Assembly: GCF_001447785.1 (NCBI RefSeq)
Contig: NW_015176457.1
Location: 544,252 to 608,251, forward strand
DNA length: 64,000 nucleotides
Origin: Gekko japonicus
Lineage: Eukaryota
Direction of reading: 5' to 3'
Shown: positions 47,901-61,295 of the stretch, in pieces
Position numbering within the stretch: position 1 is the first letter of the stretch
Layout of the letters: each line of letters opens with the position of its first letter
Program-made: the position numbers and the translations under genes
Notes under the pieces: model-generated
Seen by the model: the letters and a program-made list of their open reading frames with translations, nothing else
Told to the model about the DNA's origin: nothing
Database searches by the model: none

Positions 47901-50102
47901 TTCCCAGATCCTAGCCTGCCGCTTTGTTGTCCACAATGCAGTCCCATTCTCTGTTTCTAGTGATCAGTGCTGTGCAGAGCTGGTTCCAGGTTTAGGGCCC
48001 CCAGGAATCCTGTCTGCTCATCTGCCTGTCACTGTACCTACACACACCACTTGTACCCCCCCATGCATACTTTCCCTGCCCACTTTCTTGCTTGCCAGCT
48101 CTCTCAGCACTTGCATGTCTTCCCCTGGCAGTGCTGGGAAGTGTGTGCAGCCAAGAGTGTGAATGGCAGGAGGTCTTATAAACAAAGAGGTAGGGAGTGA
48201 GGAAGGTGTGTAGGCAAGGGGACGCCAGTAGTTGACTCCACCAGAAATGTGGGGCCTTGACAGTTGGCCCACATCTGGGTATGCTGATGCCAGTTCTGGT
48301 GCTGTCAGAGATCTACATACTACATACCAAGTATTGTGGATACCTAAATCCGTGGATCAGGGCCACACTTGCACTAAGCAGATTTTTCTGCAAACTCGGG
48401 TAACCCCCCAGGTTTGCAGAAAAATCTGAAATCTTCAACAAAAATAACTGGTTTTTTTTAATTCCCCAAAAGCAAAATAGCATTCTGTGCACAGGCACAG
48501 AGAATGCACCTACTTTCAGCAGTCATCATCCAAGCCCAGGAACTATGCTGGGCCCAGCAGTGGCAGCTCCAGGGAACCATGCTGGGCCAGGCATTGGCTC
48601 AGCCTAGAAGACATGCTGGGCCCAGTGAGAAAGGGGGGAGGGAATTCCCCCCACAGGTATCATGGGCCTGCACTTGTAACAATCTATTTATGATTCTATG
48701 TCTTGAAGCAAGAACGCTTGTCATCCAAGATATTAGGGACCAGGGGTTTTCCTACGCAGCAGAGTTCTGCATGCGAAGAGAGAAAGCGGGATGGTGACTC
48801 ACCCCTACTAAATCGAGTCCATTAAAATGTCAAAAAAGCAAAAATTTTAAAAGGGGAGGGGACTTAATCAGGACCCAAAGCATTCTTCCCCCCCTCCACT
48901 CACTCATGGCAGCTGTGTGTGAGGTAATATAGACTGAGAGAGAGACTGAGGTAATAAAAACTGTGAGATAATATAGACTAAGAGATTGTGACATGCCCAA
49001 GTTCATCCAGCAAATTTCCATGGCAGAGCAGGGATTCAATCCTGGTTATCCCAGGTTCTAATCTGACACTGACCCCTATGCCATGGCTCTGATTTATATA
49101 TATCTTTTACTGTGAACGTTGTTTATTTGTCTTAGCTGGGCTGATGGTGATTTACACATTGTACTGGCAATATGGTTTCCACTTAAAGCTAAATTTAATG
49201 GGTGCCACTGGGTACTATAAATTTTTGTGAAGGGGGAACCCCTTTGCATGGTTGTCACCACTGGTGAAAGCTTTGTGCCCACAAGGATCTGAGCCTACTT
49301 TTTGAAAGTCTCCACACACTGCTGTACAAATGGCCCCTGAAATATGGGAAACGTTAGAAACAACACTGAAGCTGTGTAAGGCACTGCTGCTGGAAAAGAA
49401 ATAGGAAAGGCCAAATGTGTGCTTGTCCTTTCCTAAAGGGACTTTCTGGTTTATAGCCATGATTTCTGTAATGAGATGCACAATATAGAATCATAGAGTT
49501 TTATTAAATGGAGGACAATATGGTTGAGGGATTGCCCCCCCACCGCCACCACCCAGCAAAGCTCGAGTGAATTAAACTCAGTTGTAATGTTACATCTGCT
49601 AGAGAAATTATCACTTCTTTTGGTAGGATAAGGGTAATGCTTAGTCCATACAGAAACATTTATCTTGGCTGCCTTCTTCTGCCCATAAACAGGGTGGTAG
49701 ACTTGCAGTAAGAATTTTAGCCCTTCCTAAAGTAGAAGCACAGCTATTTTAGTGGCTGTAAATTATGCTTGATTAAGTCAGGTATAGAAAATGAATGGAA
49801 AAGAAATTAATGTTATTTTTTTTCCCTCCGGTTAGGTTTTTTCTCATATATTAGAGTCTAGTTTTATGTTCAAATATGAACTAGGCACAGTATGCTAATT
49901 TCCTAGGATAGACTGTCATTAAAAAAATTCACAGAATTTTTGGAACAGAATTTGACACCTCTAATATAATGTATTATGAGTAGAGAAGAAGCATATGACA
50001 CACAACACTTCCAAGCAATCTTTCTAGAGGAATGCAGTAATAAAATATTTTCTTTTAGAACAGATGCATGATCCATTACTGACAATGAAATAATTATAAC
50101 GT

Positions 50103-50415
50103 TAAGAACATAAGAACATAAAAGAAACCAATGTTGGATCAGTCCAATGGCCCATCCAGTCCAACATTCTGTCACATAGTGGCCAAAAATACCAAGTGCC
50201 ATCAGGAGGTCCATCAGTGGGGCCAGGACACTAGAAGCCCTCCCACTGTTGCCCCTTCCCCCCAATCACCAAGAATACAGTGCATCACTTGCCCCAGCCT
50301 GAGAGTTCCTATCTAGACCTTGTGGCTAATAGCCACTGATGGACCTCTGCTCCATATGTTTATCTAATTCCCTCTTGAAGCCATCCATGCTTGTAGCTTC
50401 CACCACCTCCTGTTC
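50103..50415 (-). mobile_element. CR1 3' UTR fragment, same subfamily as 18672-19820
   Basis: (AAGAACAT)n tail and close reverse-complement identity to 19225-19500. Confidence 0.92.
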
Positions 50416-51530
50416 AGGACAGGTACTAAATTTACAATGCAGTCCTAAACAGGGTAATACCTTTTTGAGTCCATTGGAGTCTATTGATTTAGGAGGATTT
50501 AACTCTGCTTAGAACTGTACTGCCAGTGAAACAAAAGGACTCACACTTTTGGGAACAGTATGACTGTGTTGATGGTTATTGCACTGATTGTCCCTTTTCC
50601 TGATTCCTTTCACTGTTGTACCTTTTGTATTTCACTAGTGAAAGAGATAGCAGTATGTATTAATCACGTTATGTTTTATTCTATGCTGGTTGTTGCATTT
50701 GTAATGAACGGCAAGCTACATAGCTCAGTTGTGGTGTTAACAAAGTATAATTCTCCTCCCACCCTTGTAAAGCTTTCTATTTGGTAGAAATGGTTCAGAG
50801 AGTGATCTAGTACATGTGCCAGTGACAAGGGCTAGACAAGCTCTCTGTTTTATGAAATAGGTTCTCCAAATATTCTGAAAAACGACATCTATAATAGCAC
50901 TGAAATATGTTTTTTCTCACAGGAGTATGATACCCCTCAGTGTTGGTCTGTGTTAGCATAATGCAGTGTTGTGTTGTTCATAAGAGGTGTTAATCCAGTA
51001 AGAATACACAAATTGTTTTTTCCTGTAACAGTCATTAGACATAATTATTGATTTTGGTTCAATCAGTTGGTTTTGCCAGTATGCATCCATTTGTATAAAT
51101 GCCAAGAGCATGTAGACTGTTGTGAGACTATTTCTTGAGAACAGATAATATCCATGTTACTTTGTTGGGATGTAAAAATAAGCCTTTTAAAAGATGATGA
51201 ATAGTCAGTGATTTAAGCAAGACTTAAACCTCTCCCAATTAATTAATACTTCAATAATGATTAAGAAAGAAATCATTGTAAGCATTCAATTGATAATGAA
51301 CAGGAAGAATGGAAATTAATTAACAGAAGAAAGAGAGAACGAGAGAGAGAAAGAAGGATTTTATAGGTTAAACATTGGCATCCTGTGTTTTGTATGCGGC
51401 CTGATTGAACTGTACAGGTTAGCATTTGTATGACTTTTTATATGCTCAGTCAAGAAAGCCCCCCATCACTTCAGTTAAGTCAGTTAAGTGATGATTGTCA
51501 CCTTGAAATCAGTTTTGATCATCTCCCCAC

Positions 51531-51728
51531 CAATGCTCCCTCTAAGCTGTGGTGTCTTGTGAGCTACTGTTTGAGCTACTGGCATTGAAGTTGTGAGTGA
51601 GCTATTTGGCTGCTGCATAAATTAGTTTGCTCTGGAGCCATCCTTCCTGAACTAAGACAAAAATGTGTGAGCTGGAGGCTAAAAAACTGTGAGCTAGCTC
51701 ACACTAACTCAGCTTAGAGGGAACACTG
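51531..51728. mobile_element. hAT MITE, second copy of the 13892 family
   Basis: Same TIRs; perfect 8-bp TSD CTCCCCAC. Confidence 0.92.
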
Positions 51729-51919
51729 CTCCCCACCCTTTATATTTCCTCCAGTTCTGTACATAAAACATTAAGATACATTTTTTTCTTTGTCCAGCAG
51801 TCTCAAAAAACAAAATAGTACAGTAGATTAAGCTTTGTCTGTGCTACGTGCTGGGTGTTAAGTGGCAATACTCTGAATTAATGACCTCCAAAATGTTAAC
51901 AGTCTTGCTCAGGTCTTGC

Positions 51920-52138
51920 TAAGGTTGCCAACTTACAGGTTGTGGCTGGAGATCTCCTGAGATTACAACTGATCTCCAGATGACAGAGATCAGTCTACCT
52001 GGAGAAAACTGCTACTTTAGAAGGTGGACTCTATGACATTATATCCCATTTAAGTTCCTCCCCTCCCCAAACCCCACCTTCCTCAGAATCCACCCCCAAA
52101 ATCTCCAGGTATTTCCCAACCTAGAGCTGGCAACCCTG
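51920..52138. mobile_element. hAT MITE (GGTTGCCA-type TIR)
   Basis: TAAGGTTGCCA / TGGCAACCCTG; degenerate 8-bp TSD GGTCTTGC / TGTCATGC. Confidence 0.7.
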
Positions 52139-52164
52139 TGTCATGCAAACTGTGGCTTCCTTTA

Positions 52165-53010
52165 TTGAATCAATCCATCTCATGTTGGGGTTTCCTCTTT
52201 TCCTCTGCCTTCAAGTTTTCCAAGTATTATTGTCTTTTCCAGTGACTCTTGTCTTTGCATAATGTGACCAAAGTGTGATAGCCTCAGTTTGGTCATTTTA
52301 GCTTGTAGGAAGAGTAGAGGCTTGATTTGATCTAGAACTCACTTATTTATATTTTTGGCGGTTTGTGGTATCCATAAAACTCTCTTCCAATAGCACATTT
52401 CAAGTTAATCATCGTTCTTCCTGTAAGTTTTCTTCATTGTCTAACTTTCAAGACAAGAGACGTTCAGAGGTGGTTTGCTGTTGCCTGCCTCTGTGTCACG
52501 ACCCTGGTATTCCTAACCCTAACCCTAGGGCTAGGGTTAGGGAGACCTTGGTGGTCTCCCAAATACTAGCCAGGGCCAACCTTGCTTAGTTTCTGAGATT
52601 AGATGACACAGGCTAGCCTGAGCTATCCAGATCAGGGCTTGTAAACTTTAAAGGGGTATAATTCCTCATAATTACTTTTGTTGTCTTGATGTTCAGCTGT
52701 AATCCTGCTTTGGCACTTTCTGTTTTAACCATCAGTAGTCATTTCAGCTCTTCACTATTTTCTGCCAGTGAAGTGGAGTCATCTGAACTGTTAATGTTCC
52801 TTCCACCGATTTTCACTTCCACCTTCATCTAAATCTAATTTGGCTTTCCTCATGATATGTTCTGCATACAGATTGAACAGACAGGGAGACAAAATACACC
52901 CTTGTCTGACACTTTTGCCAACTGGAAGCCATTCTGTTTCTCCATATTCTGTCCTAACAGTAGCTTCTTGTCCGGAGTACAGGTTGAGCATCAAAACAAT
53001 CAGATGTTAT
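52165..53010 (-). mobile_element. RTE-BovB LINE ORF fragment interrupted by a 5S SINE
   Basis: NLYSGQEATVRTEYGETEWLPVGKSVRQGCILSPCLFNLYAEHIMRKA is the BovB RT motif region. The 3' part (LKLSHFGHIM...SLEKTIILGKLEG) lies at 52200-52290. Confidence 0.9.
52445..52638 (-). mobile_element. 5S-derived SINE with internal telomere-repeat insertion
   Basis: GCCCTGATCTGGATAGCTCAGGCTAGCC head on the minus strand; CCTAACCCTAACCCTAGGGCTAGGGTTAGGG at 52512-52542. Confidence 0.8.
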
Positions 53011-53163
53011 GTCATACTATTTAAACTCATATTAACTTTATTTCTCTAATATTTATTTTTACTGCTAAATAGTTGATCACTTCTCATTGAAGAGAAGTTA
53101 GCAGTTTCTGTGGATAACTGTAGTGGGATACCAATCGGTCTCTAACAGGCCTTGCAAAACCTA

Positions 53164-53250
53164 CAGTGCCATCCTAAACAGAGTTATATCCTTCAAACGA
53201 ATTGACTTCATTAGATTTAGAAGGATGGAACTCTGTTTAGGATTGCTCTG
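53164..53250. repeat. Palindromic MITE-like element (~88 bp family)
   Basis: CAGTGCCATCCTAAACAGAGTT...AACTCTGTTTAGGATTGCTCTG. Confidence 0.75.
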
Positions 53251-55263
53251 ATACTTGCCTATCTGGATCGTACATGCCAAATGGTGCCAAAGAGTAGCAA
53301 GCATATTACAGAGTCTCTGGAGAAACCATTGTGCACTCAGCATTTTTCATAGATCACTTGACATTCACTGAAAGAAACCTGGGCAAAGCTGTGTTGTTAA
53401 TGAATTATGACAGATCATTTTCCTATCAACCAAGAAGGTTCCATCTACCCCCTTTTAAGACACAAACATAATGGAAGAATCTCGTAAGTATTCATCCTAT
53501 TCTGGTGTGAATAGTCAGAAAGCTGTGAAGCTGCAAGTGGCAGCATTTAATATCATCTTATGATGCCTGAATAATTTTCCAGAGAGTGAGTGCTGCAGCA
53601 GCTGTGAGCACAGTTATTTGTTTATTTTTACCTTGGTCTTACTGGAATGCTGACACAGCTAATCTGCCGTGCGTGTAATAGAGAATTGTTTCATATTCAT
53701 ACCTCTCTGGTGTTCTTTTGAACCAAATGGAATCAGAAGCTGTACAGTTTGGGACTACTCTCGAAATCCACACAGAGTTTAAGGGGGCTGTCTTCTCTGA
53801 GCATCTTGAGAGACAAGTCTGAAGCATATTCATGAGGTGTTGGGAAAAGAGTGGTGGAAGCTGTCCTTTGTATTCTTTTTTAAATGGATGTTTGTGAGAG
53901 AAAACGAGATGGCTTGGGCTGTCGGGGTGAGTTATAGAAAGCATTTTGTGATCTCCCCCTGGTAGTAGTGCTCATTATGTTAAACAGTGTAGCTTTTAAA
54001 CCCTCTGTAGTTTTCATTATATGTGCATTGGCCTTCATTTGCTGAAATGCTTCAAGTTCACAGCACTAAAGTCATTTTGAAAACAGGATGTAATTACAAA
54101 GGTTTCTTATGCTTACCCACAGCTTTTTGGGACCAATGTAATTATCATTACATGTGGATACTGTAAATTGAATATCCCTTCCCTAATTACATTAAACTCA
54201 AGGGTTAGTTGCTTAAGCATCCAAATAACAAAAGTTCACCCTTTGCTATAAATAGTAAAATTGTTCTGTTAGTTAAGCTGACCTTTTAAAGCTCAACATT
54301 TACATGTTATTGTCAGGTGTACATTATAAAGATAGCTTGTAATGAGATCTGTAATGAGTAACCCTCTTATAATGGCATTTTCTAAAAGTTCATTTATTCA
54401 GCATTTTCCAATAGCATGATGAAATTAAAGTTTTAAGCTGTGCATGTCAGGCCCTTTTTAAGGAACCATTCACACAACTGTTCTTCGTTTAGTATTGTCC
54501 TACCAACTGCTAGAAATAGCTTAATATAAATGCCACCACTTAACAGAAGGTACCGCAAATGTAACGACTTAGTCCTGCCTGTCAAAAGAACAGTAACCTG
54601 TTTAGAAGTTCGGTGATCTCTTTGACATAGAATTTTTATTTTGTGGCCCTTCATGTATAAACAAACACAAGGTGTGTTTTTACAGAAGGACATTGAGTCT
54701 ACAGACTTTTTAGCCACATAGTGTTGCCCTAATTTAGCTTTATTATTCTGTTGATCGCTGAGCAATGAAATAAAAAGTTCCTTTGAGAATTGATATTTGG
54801 CTAATTTCTGTTTCTTCAGTCATTAAAATTTTTAATGTTGTACATGGCTATAGTACTCCAGTTTCATTAAAACTGTACCACTTAGCCACTGTTGAAGCTT
54901 TTTGTCCCTCAAGGACACCACCCGCTGAGTGTCCTTTATGAGTTCTCACTTGAAAACAACAACTTGGGTTATGTGGAACAAATTGAGAAGCATACATTAT
55001 AAAGAAATGTTCCTGCTGTACATAAACTGACTAGAATTTTTATTATACAGGATAAACTCCAGAATAATTATTCCCAAGAAATGCAGGTTAAAATTTTAAT
55101 TCTAATATGTTAACAATTGTTTTATCTAGATGATCTCTTACAAAAATTCTGATTCTAGTTGTAAATTTCCCCCCTTTATTTCCATTAATTTTGGAACACA
55201 GGCAGACTCCCCCCTTTATTTCCATTAATTTTGGAACTAAACATACATTGTTAAGAAGTTCTC

Positions 55264-55790
55264 GGGACTTCCGGTTTATGGCGACACGCAGGCAGACGCA
55301 TCTCCCGGACGTCCCGGGGATGCAAACTGCACACCAGTGTGTAGGAGGGGAAGCAACGGGTCACGAACCCCCCAGAGCCTTGATAAAAGGCTCCTAGCCA
55401 TGGGGCTTTTGAAGGGCATCCTCTTTGATGGCGGAATGCCGGAGAATTGAGGCGCTCCTCCACCCTGAAGGTCCTGCAGCTGAGTGACCGCATGGTACAA
55501 GTGCTGCTGACTGGGACAAGCATTGGAGATCAGGCAGGGGAAAAAAACCCTGATGCTGAGCGAGGCCGGAGGGGCCAACAACGAACTGTGAGTTGGGTTG
55601 AAGCAAGCATGAAGATTTAAAATGAAAGCTGCCCCCTTTAAAGAGCGATGGGAAAGCGAGCGGGGGAGGGGCGCCTCCCTACCGCATAGACGAAACACGG
55701 GCAAAAAGAGGGGGGAGCGGAAAAATAAGCACTTAAATCTGTTTTAAGATACTTACCAGAGCGCAAATAAGCATTTGGGCGAATACCAGA
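55264..55790 (+). mobile_element. L1 5' UTR only (3'-truncated), related to the 44742 element
   Basis: GACTTCCGGT start; shares GGGGCTTTTGA.GG...CCTCTTTGATGGCG.AATGCCGGAGAATTGAGGC.CTCCTCCACCC and TGACTGGGACAAGC with the minus strand of 44480-44610. Confidence 0.8.
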
Positions 55791-58544
55791 GACTTTAGCA
55801 ACTTCTTGAAATATAAACAAATCCAAAAAGAGGCACCAGCAGATATGCTGCAAATTTGGTGCTTCTACCTCAAAAAAGCCCCCCCAGAGCCCCAGATAAC
55901 CCTGGGGTGGTTCCCCATTATACCCTATGCAGACCACTGACTAATGGTCCCCATAGGGTATAATGGAACCGGGAAAAATTGAATCCAAATACCATACCAG
56001 TTTGGGGATTTGAAAATACCAGGAGAAAAAACAATATTTTGGGGGGTTCAATATACCCGAACCAAAAAAAATACCATTTTTTATTTTTGCATACCCCTAG
56101 CACTAGTAATGTCACTGACTAATTCCAGCAATAAACATAAACCTGAGATCTGGTTTTCCATACGGATAAATTTAACAGTAAACTCCTAATATTGGAATCA
56201 TAATCCTAGATTTTATAACTGACTGAACTTCTGCAACCAGCGAGTTCACCTGGAAGACATTTAGAAGGACTGCGATCCCTTTAAATGCTTTTAACCGACT
56301 ATCTGGAGGTCCCAAAAAATTCCAAATATTTTTAGGATTTTGGGACTTGGCCATTTCAGATAGCCAAAAAAATACCCAGATCTATATCCGGCTGAAAGAA
56401 TAGCTTCTCAGATATAACTGAATGCACATCTCTACCTAGTACCATCCATTGTTAAGTTTATTGCTTTCCCAATATCAACATTTTAACAGATACATAGTAT
56501 AAACACCAGCATGCACATGTCAGGGTAGACATGTGAAGTGGCACTAACTCTGAAGTAAAATGCAATACGGATATATACTAAGAAAGTTGTTTATTATCTG
56601 TTGGTGCATCACTTCTATGGAAGATTTTGGAAATCTGATGTTCCATTTCTAAGCACATTTACAGTACTTGGCCTTAAATTTACAGTGAGACTTAAAAATT
56701 AATTCTACATTACTGCTGAAAACCACATCTTCTCCTATAGGGTTGCAAGCAGAAGTTGCAGTTTTGTGAGGCAGGTGGGTAGAGCTAAAAGACAGCAGTG
56801 TCTCTTGCCATTTAAAAAAGAGAGAGAGAAACTTGGTTTCTACATATACTTTCCCTTTCTAAGGTACGCTAACATCAGGATCTTGGGGGTTTGATAAATC
56901 CTAGTTTGAATTAATCACAAGTTTAAGATGGCCTGAAGAAAGGCCTTTTCATGAACAGCTTGATTGATGTACAGAATTTTACTACCATGAGGAAGGCTGT
57001 TGCCATAGTGGGTTGAAAAAAGGTTACCGGTGAGGAACGTAGTTAGAACCAGCTTCTGCTGATCAAGCAGACATTATGTTTCTTGGGAGGACTAATTGTG
57101 GCTGAACTAGGTAACCAACCACTGTTTTATACTTGCTGTCTCTTGACTCAAGCGCAGCCCATATGTGCTTGTCAGGTGACACACCTTACCTTGCTGTTCA
57201 GTTTCTTTGGTAGTAGCATATGGGCTCCCTACCTGATATCTTCAGGTCTGGGATTCTTTTTTAGATCAAATTGCTGATACATGCTAAAATTTTAATGAAA
57301 ATAGCCATGGTACCAGTCTGTCACAACTGTCAAAATCTGGATGTGAGGAAATCAACCTTTGATACATTTTTTACATTCTGTGAAACATAAGTGTTCAAGA
57401 CTTACCAGCAGAACCGTGCCCCTGGGAGTAGAACAAGTTTGGTTTCTGCAAGACCAAGACTAGAGGAGAAGCCAGGACAGAGTTAAGCAATCCACCAGCT
57501 TGTGTGTACTCCAGGCCATTTTGCTAAGCACTCAAGGTTAGTTCTTCACTTGCTGTGGTCCATGAGATCATATTTTGCTCCTGAAATTCAAAATAGTCGC
57601 CAGTGTTAGGAGTGGAGTTCCTAGTGTTCATCCAGAAATGTAACTCACTTCCCTACTGACCTCACCAGTCCCTGGTGGAGGCTTACCTGCATGTGGAATT
57701 TCATGCCAAACAGGGGAAAATGTGAAAATATATTTTGTGTATCCGGCCAAAAGAAAAGGTTGGGGGGGAGTCATGGTCTTGGATTTCTTGAAGATCCATT
57801 GGGGGGGGGATGGTCCTTAAGTGAGACAGAGTCCTTGTCTGGTTGCAGGCTGATTGCTGAGTCCTAAGGATGGCTGAATCCAAATAGCTGAGCAAAAGAG
57901 CACTTTTAATACTTTTTGTCTGTTGGATTTGAATTTGGGAGGGGGAAATACAGTTTTTGCTGGTTTTACAGGGGTCTTCTGAGAAGCTGGCAGGAAGTTA
58001 AAATGAAAAGAAAAGGACTAACTTGGATGGTAATAGAAATTGACCTACTTAATGTAGGCATCTGTGTATTACGAGGCATCCAAGACAGGTGTTTGACAAT
58101 AGGTACCTTGGGGTTCTCCTGAACTTGGCTGGCATTTTATTTCACCTGCATCTATGGCTAGTTTTAAAGTTCTCTTTAATGGCAGAGAATATGTTTTCCA
58201 AAATGGGGGAGGGATCTTAGTGACTGTTTCTCTTGTCTAATACATCAGAGGTACCAGATTCCAAGGGTGGGGCCCTCTTGGGTGGCTTCTTCCTGGTGTG
58301 GGGGGTTTTCTTCTGGGTGACAACATGAGACCTGCAAGATATAGCCTCAGGCTGCATGCCTTGTCATCTGTAGGTGAGAGGTGATTGGCTGCAAAGTTAA
58401 TCAGATCCTCAATATGATGTTTTGGAGGTCATCAATTCATAGGGTCCTCATAAGTTGGAAGCAACTTGACAGCAGGTAACATACACACACATTCTGTCAT
58501 GGGTGACTTGATGGGACAAGGTGGGACTTCAGTTTTGGCATATG

Positions 58545-58790
58545 CTGGCGTGGTGTAGTGGTTAAGCGTGGCAGACTCTAATCTGGAGAACTGGGTTTGA
58601 TTCCCCACTCCTCCACATGAAACCTGCTGGGTGACCTAGGGCTAATGGCAGTTTTATCAGAACTGACTCAGCCCCACCTACCTCACAAGGTATCCATTGT
58701 AGGGAGATGAAGGCAATGTGGTTGTGAGGAGCTTTGAGACTCCTTAAGGTAGAGAAAAGCAGGGTATGAAAATGTACTCTTCTTTTTCTC
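58545..58790 (+). mobile_element. Squam3-type SINE
   Basis: GGTGTAGTGGTTAAG (A box)...GGGTTTGATTCCCCACTCCTCCAC (B box)...CAGCCCCACCTACCTCACAAGG...TCTTCT tail. Confidence 0.85.
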
Positions 58791-59579
58791 TGTTTATGTC
58801 AGCAGCGGTAGTAGGATCCTAAGGCTGAGTTGAGCATAGATCTCAACAAAGATTTATTCTTCCCTAAACATACCCTGAAACACCTTGTTCTAGGCTTAAC
58901 CCACTATCCACACTGTGACAATACTAGCCGGGATATACAACCCACTAGGATGTTAACAGTGGCATGAGAACTATGAGTTGCTATCCTAAGACTTTTCAGC
59001 CAGCACCGCAGATTATTAGGATTTTTCAGCTAGTTGAGTCACTTCTGTTTTAATTTATTATTCACCCCTGCACACCTTTTATTTTATTTTAAAAATAAAG
59101 GGCCCAAATGATATAAGCACTTTCTTCACTGAAAGTGACATATATAATAATAGAAATGTACAAGTTCCTTCAGGGAATGGAAGAAGGGTAAACCACATTT
59201 TAAAGGAAGCATCTCCCGTGTCAAATTGACTTTAAAACTGCTATTAAGATTGTGATTCAGGTTGAAAGTCTGTTTTTCAACATAAATTCACATGTTTTGA
59301 TTGCTTCTAGTTCTGCTTGCTAAATTTTACCATCACATCTTCCTGTAATGCTTTATTTTTGAAAAATAGCCACTCCATCTGTGGTACGTAAAAACTGTAG
59401 CCAGAGAAGACATGTCTAGCCATTTAAGCAGTAAAAAGCGAATTTAAAAATAGCGGGGAAAGTTGTTTATTAAAAAGTAATATTTTTGCAACCATTTTTT
59501 GAAGTTCAATTATAATTATAAATATTATGTATTTGTTTTATGTTACTGCCGGATTGTGTCAGTACAGGCCCTTCATTAA

Positions 59580-60760
59580 GGATTTGGGTTCATCATGTAC
59601 TAAGAAGCAAGCAAGGCAGTTTTCACACACAGCACCCATTCCTGACTCTTAAACCATGACATGACTACTGTGGGAATGAAATGGCTATGAATAATTTTCT
59701 GTGTGTGTCTAAAGTAATGTGGGTGTCCCAAATTAATGTTGTTGCAGACACTGGGTTGTAAATTTGTGGGGCTACAACCGTGTACCCTTAGAATTCCATG
59801 AGTACGGGTTACATGAACAATTAAAAGGACTGTAACAATGTAATTTGGTATTATACAAAATGGAGTGGGAAATGTGTACAATGACCGTAGAATCTTGTTC
59901 TGGAATAATTAGGATGAAAGCTCACTCTGTCTGTCTGGCTATCAATCTAGTTTCTTGTAGCCTTGGATTTCTCTCCACAATGGTAGAGAGTGAGTATGAT
60001 TTAACTATGAATACTGCTATTGTTGTACAGGATAATGTAAGCGAGGGATGAGGCTTTATGAGAAGATTGTGAAGTTGTTCTTAAGAATAAAAGGTAGTAG
60101 ATGAGAATCCCTGGTAACACCACTATAAAATAGAAATAGTAGCCACAATGCTCAAAACATGATTCTTTGTCGAGTCCTGCTGAAATGAATAGAAGCTTGC
60201 GTGGGAGCAGTGTTGGCTGATTTTGTGTCTGAATGTGTGGGCAGCACTGATGTTCCAAAATAGAGAATTATGTAAAAAGCAATCATACCATCCTGTGCCG
60301 ACTTTAAATATGCAGTACAATGGGGAGCTAGCAAAGCAACTTAAAGATTGTCAAGGAACAGTGTCTCTGAAAGTTCTTGAATTGCTGTCCCTGCAGCTGG
60401 ATGCTCATGTGGCAATAACATGATTGCTTATGCATCCTCATCTTCTTTCCTAATTTGGCACAGCTGAGGTAACTTATTAAAGAGGCTAGTTGACCATATC
60501 CCATGAGTCCTGTTCTTGTCAGCCATCTCTATTATTCTAAGCAATGGAACATACAACATAAAAGCTGGCTATAATATTGCTAGTCTTCAATTTTACTGCA
60601 TTGTGAAGGGAACATTTTATTATAACGATAACTCTCACATCTAATTTTGATCTTCGGCCATTGGTGTATCCATTGCCCCAGAATCTGGATCTACTGTCCC
60701 AATGTCTGCTGTCTGAACTATTGATTATTCTGCATAACTGTCCGTGCACAGTAAAAACTT
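59580..60760 (-). mobile_element. Very old Gypsy pol-like fossil
   Basis: Minus-strand fragments QTLGQ*IQ..QWPK, SKIED and LCQIRKEDEDA*AIMLLPHEHP resemble the region from the RNase H linker (TLxxL..GWP; LSVEDG) to the integrase zinc finger (CQ...EPLLPHEIP). Confidence 0.35.
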
Positions 60761-61295
60761 AGTAGTCTGGGTACACAAGCATAAGAGGAAGAATATTTTG
60801 CTAGAAAACAGGCTGTGTGGTGTCACAGCAATGGGCCAAGAGGTGAGACTTCTTTCTTTTGAGGATATTTTTAAAAAGAGGGAATTGTTGTTCAAGAACT
60901 GATTGTTTTCAGATCTGTCCTTTTAATTGCTTTGTGATCCATTTCCACAACACACACAGTCACCTGTTTTGTTAGCTATACCTTAAACTACAGTCCCCCC
61001 CCCCCTGGAATTTTGCAAGCTGAATGAGTTTATATTGCCTCCTTCAACTATTAACATTAAAAGCAGTTACTACTGAATTTGCAGAGTATTTAGATGGGAT
61101 TGTGCTTTCTTGCTCCTTCAAACAGATGGATAACCTCTGTCTGTTGATAGATTTGGATGGCCTAGTTGGCATTTCTTTCATCCCCAAACATACACTGAAG
61201 TATTTGGAAGCTGTTTCAGTAAGGTATTACTTTACTCTTGGTTTTAGGCATGTATACAGAATAATTTCCACCCTGGAATATTTGTCTCCAGTAGG

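Noticed and set aside
58550-58620. tRNA gene
   Set aside because: The A and B boxes belong to a Squam3-type SINE head and are followed by the SINE body; no cloverleaf or terminator.
59540-60420. Endogenous bornavirus or rhabdovirus glycoprotein (plus-strand AL*EDCE, YHPV..YNG, NLWGY)
   Set aside because: The motifs are short, lie in different frames and are wrongly spaced. Minus-strand Gypsy Pol-like motifs explain the region better.
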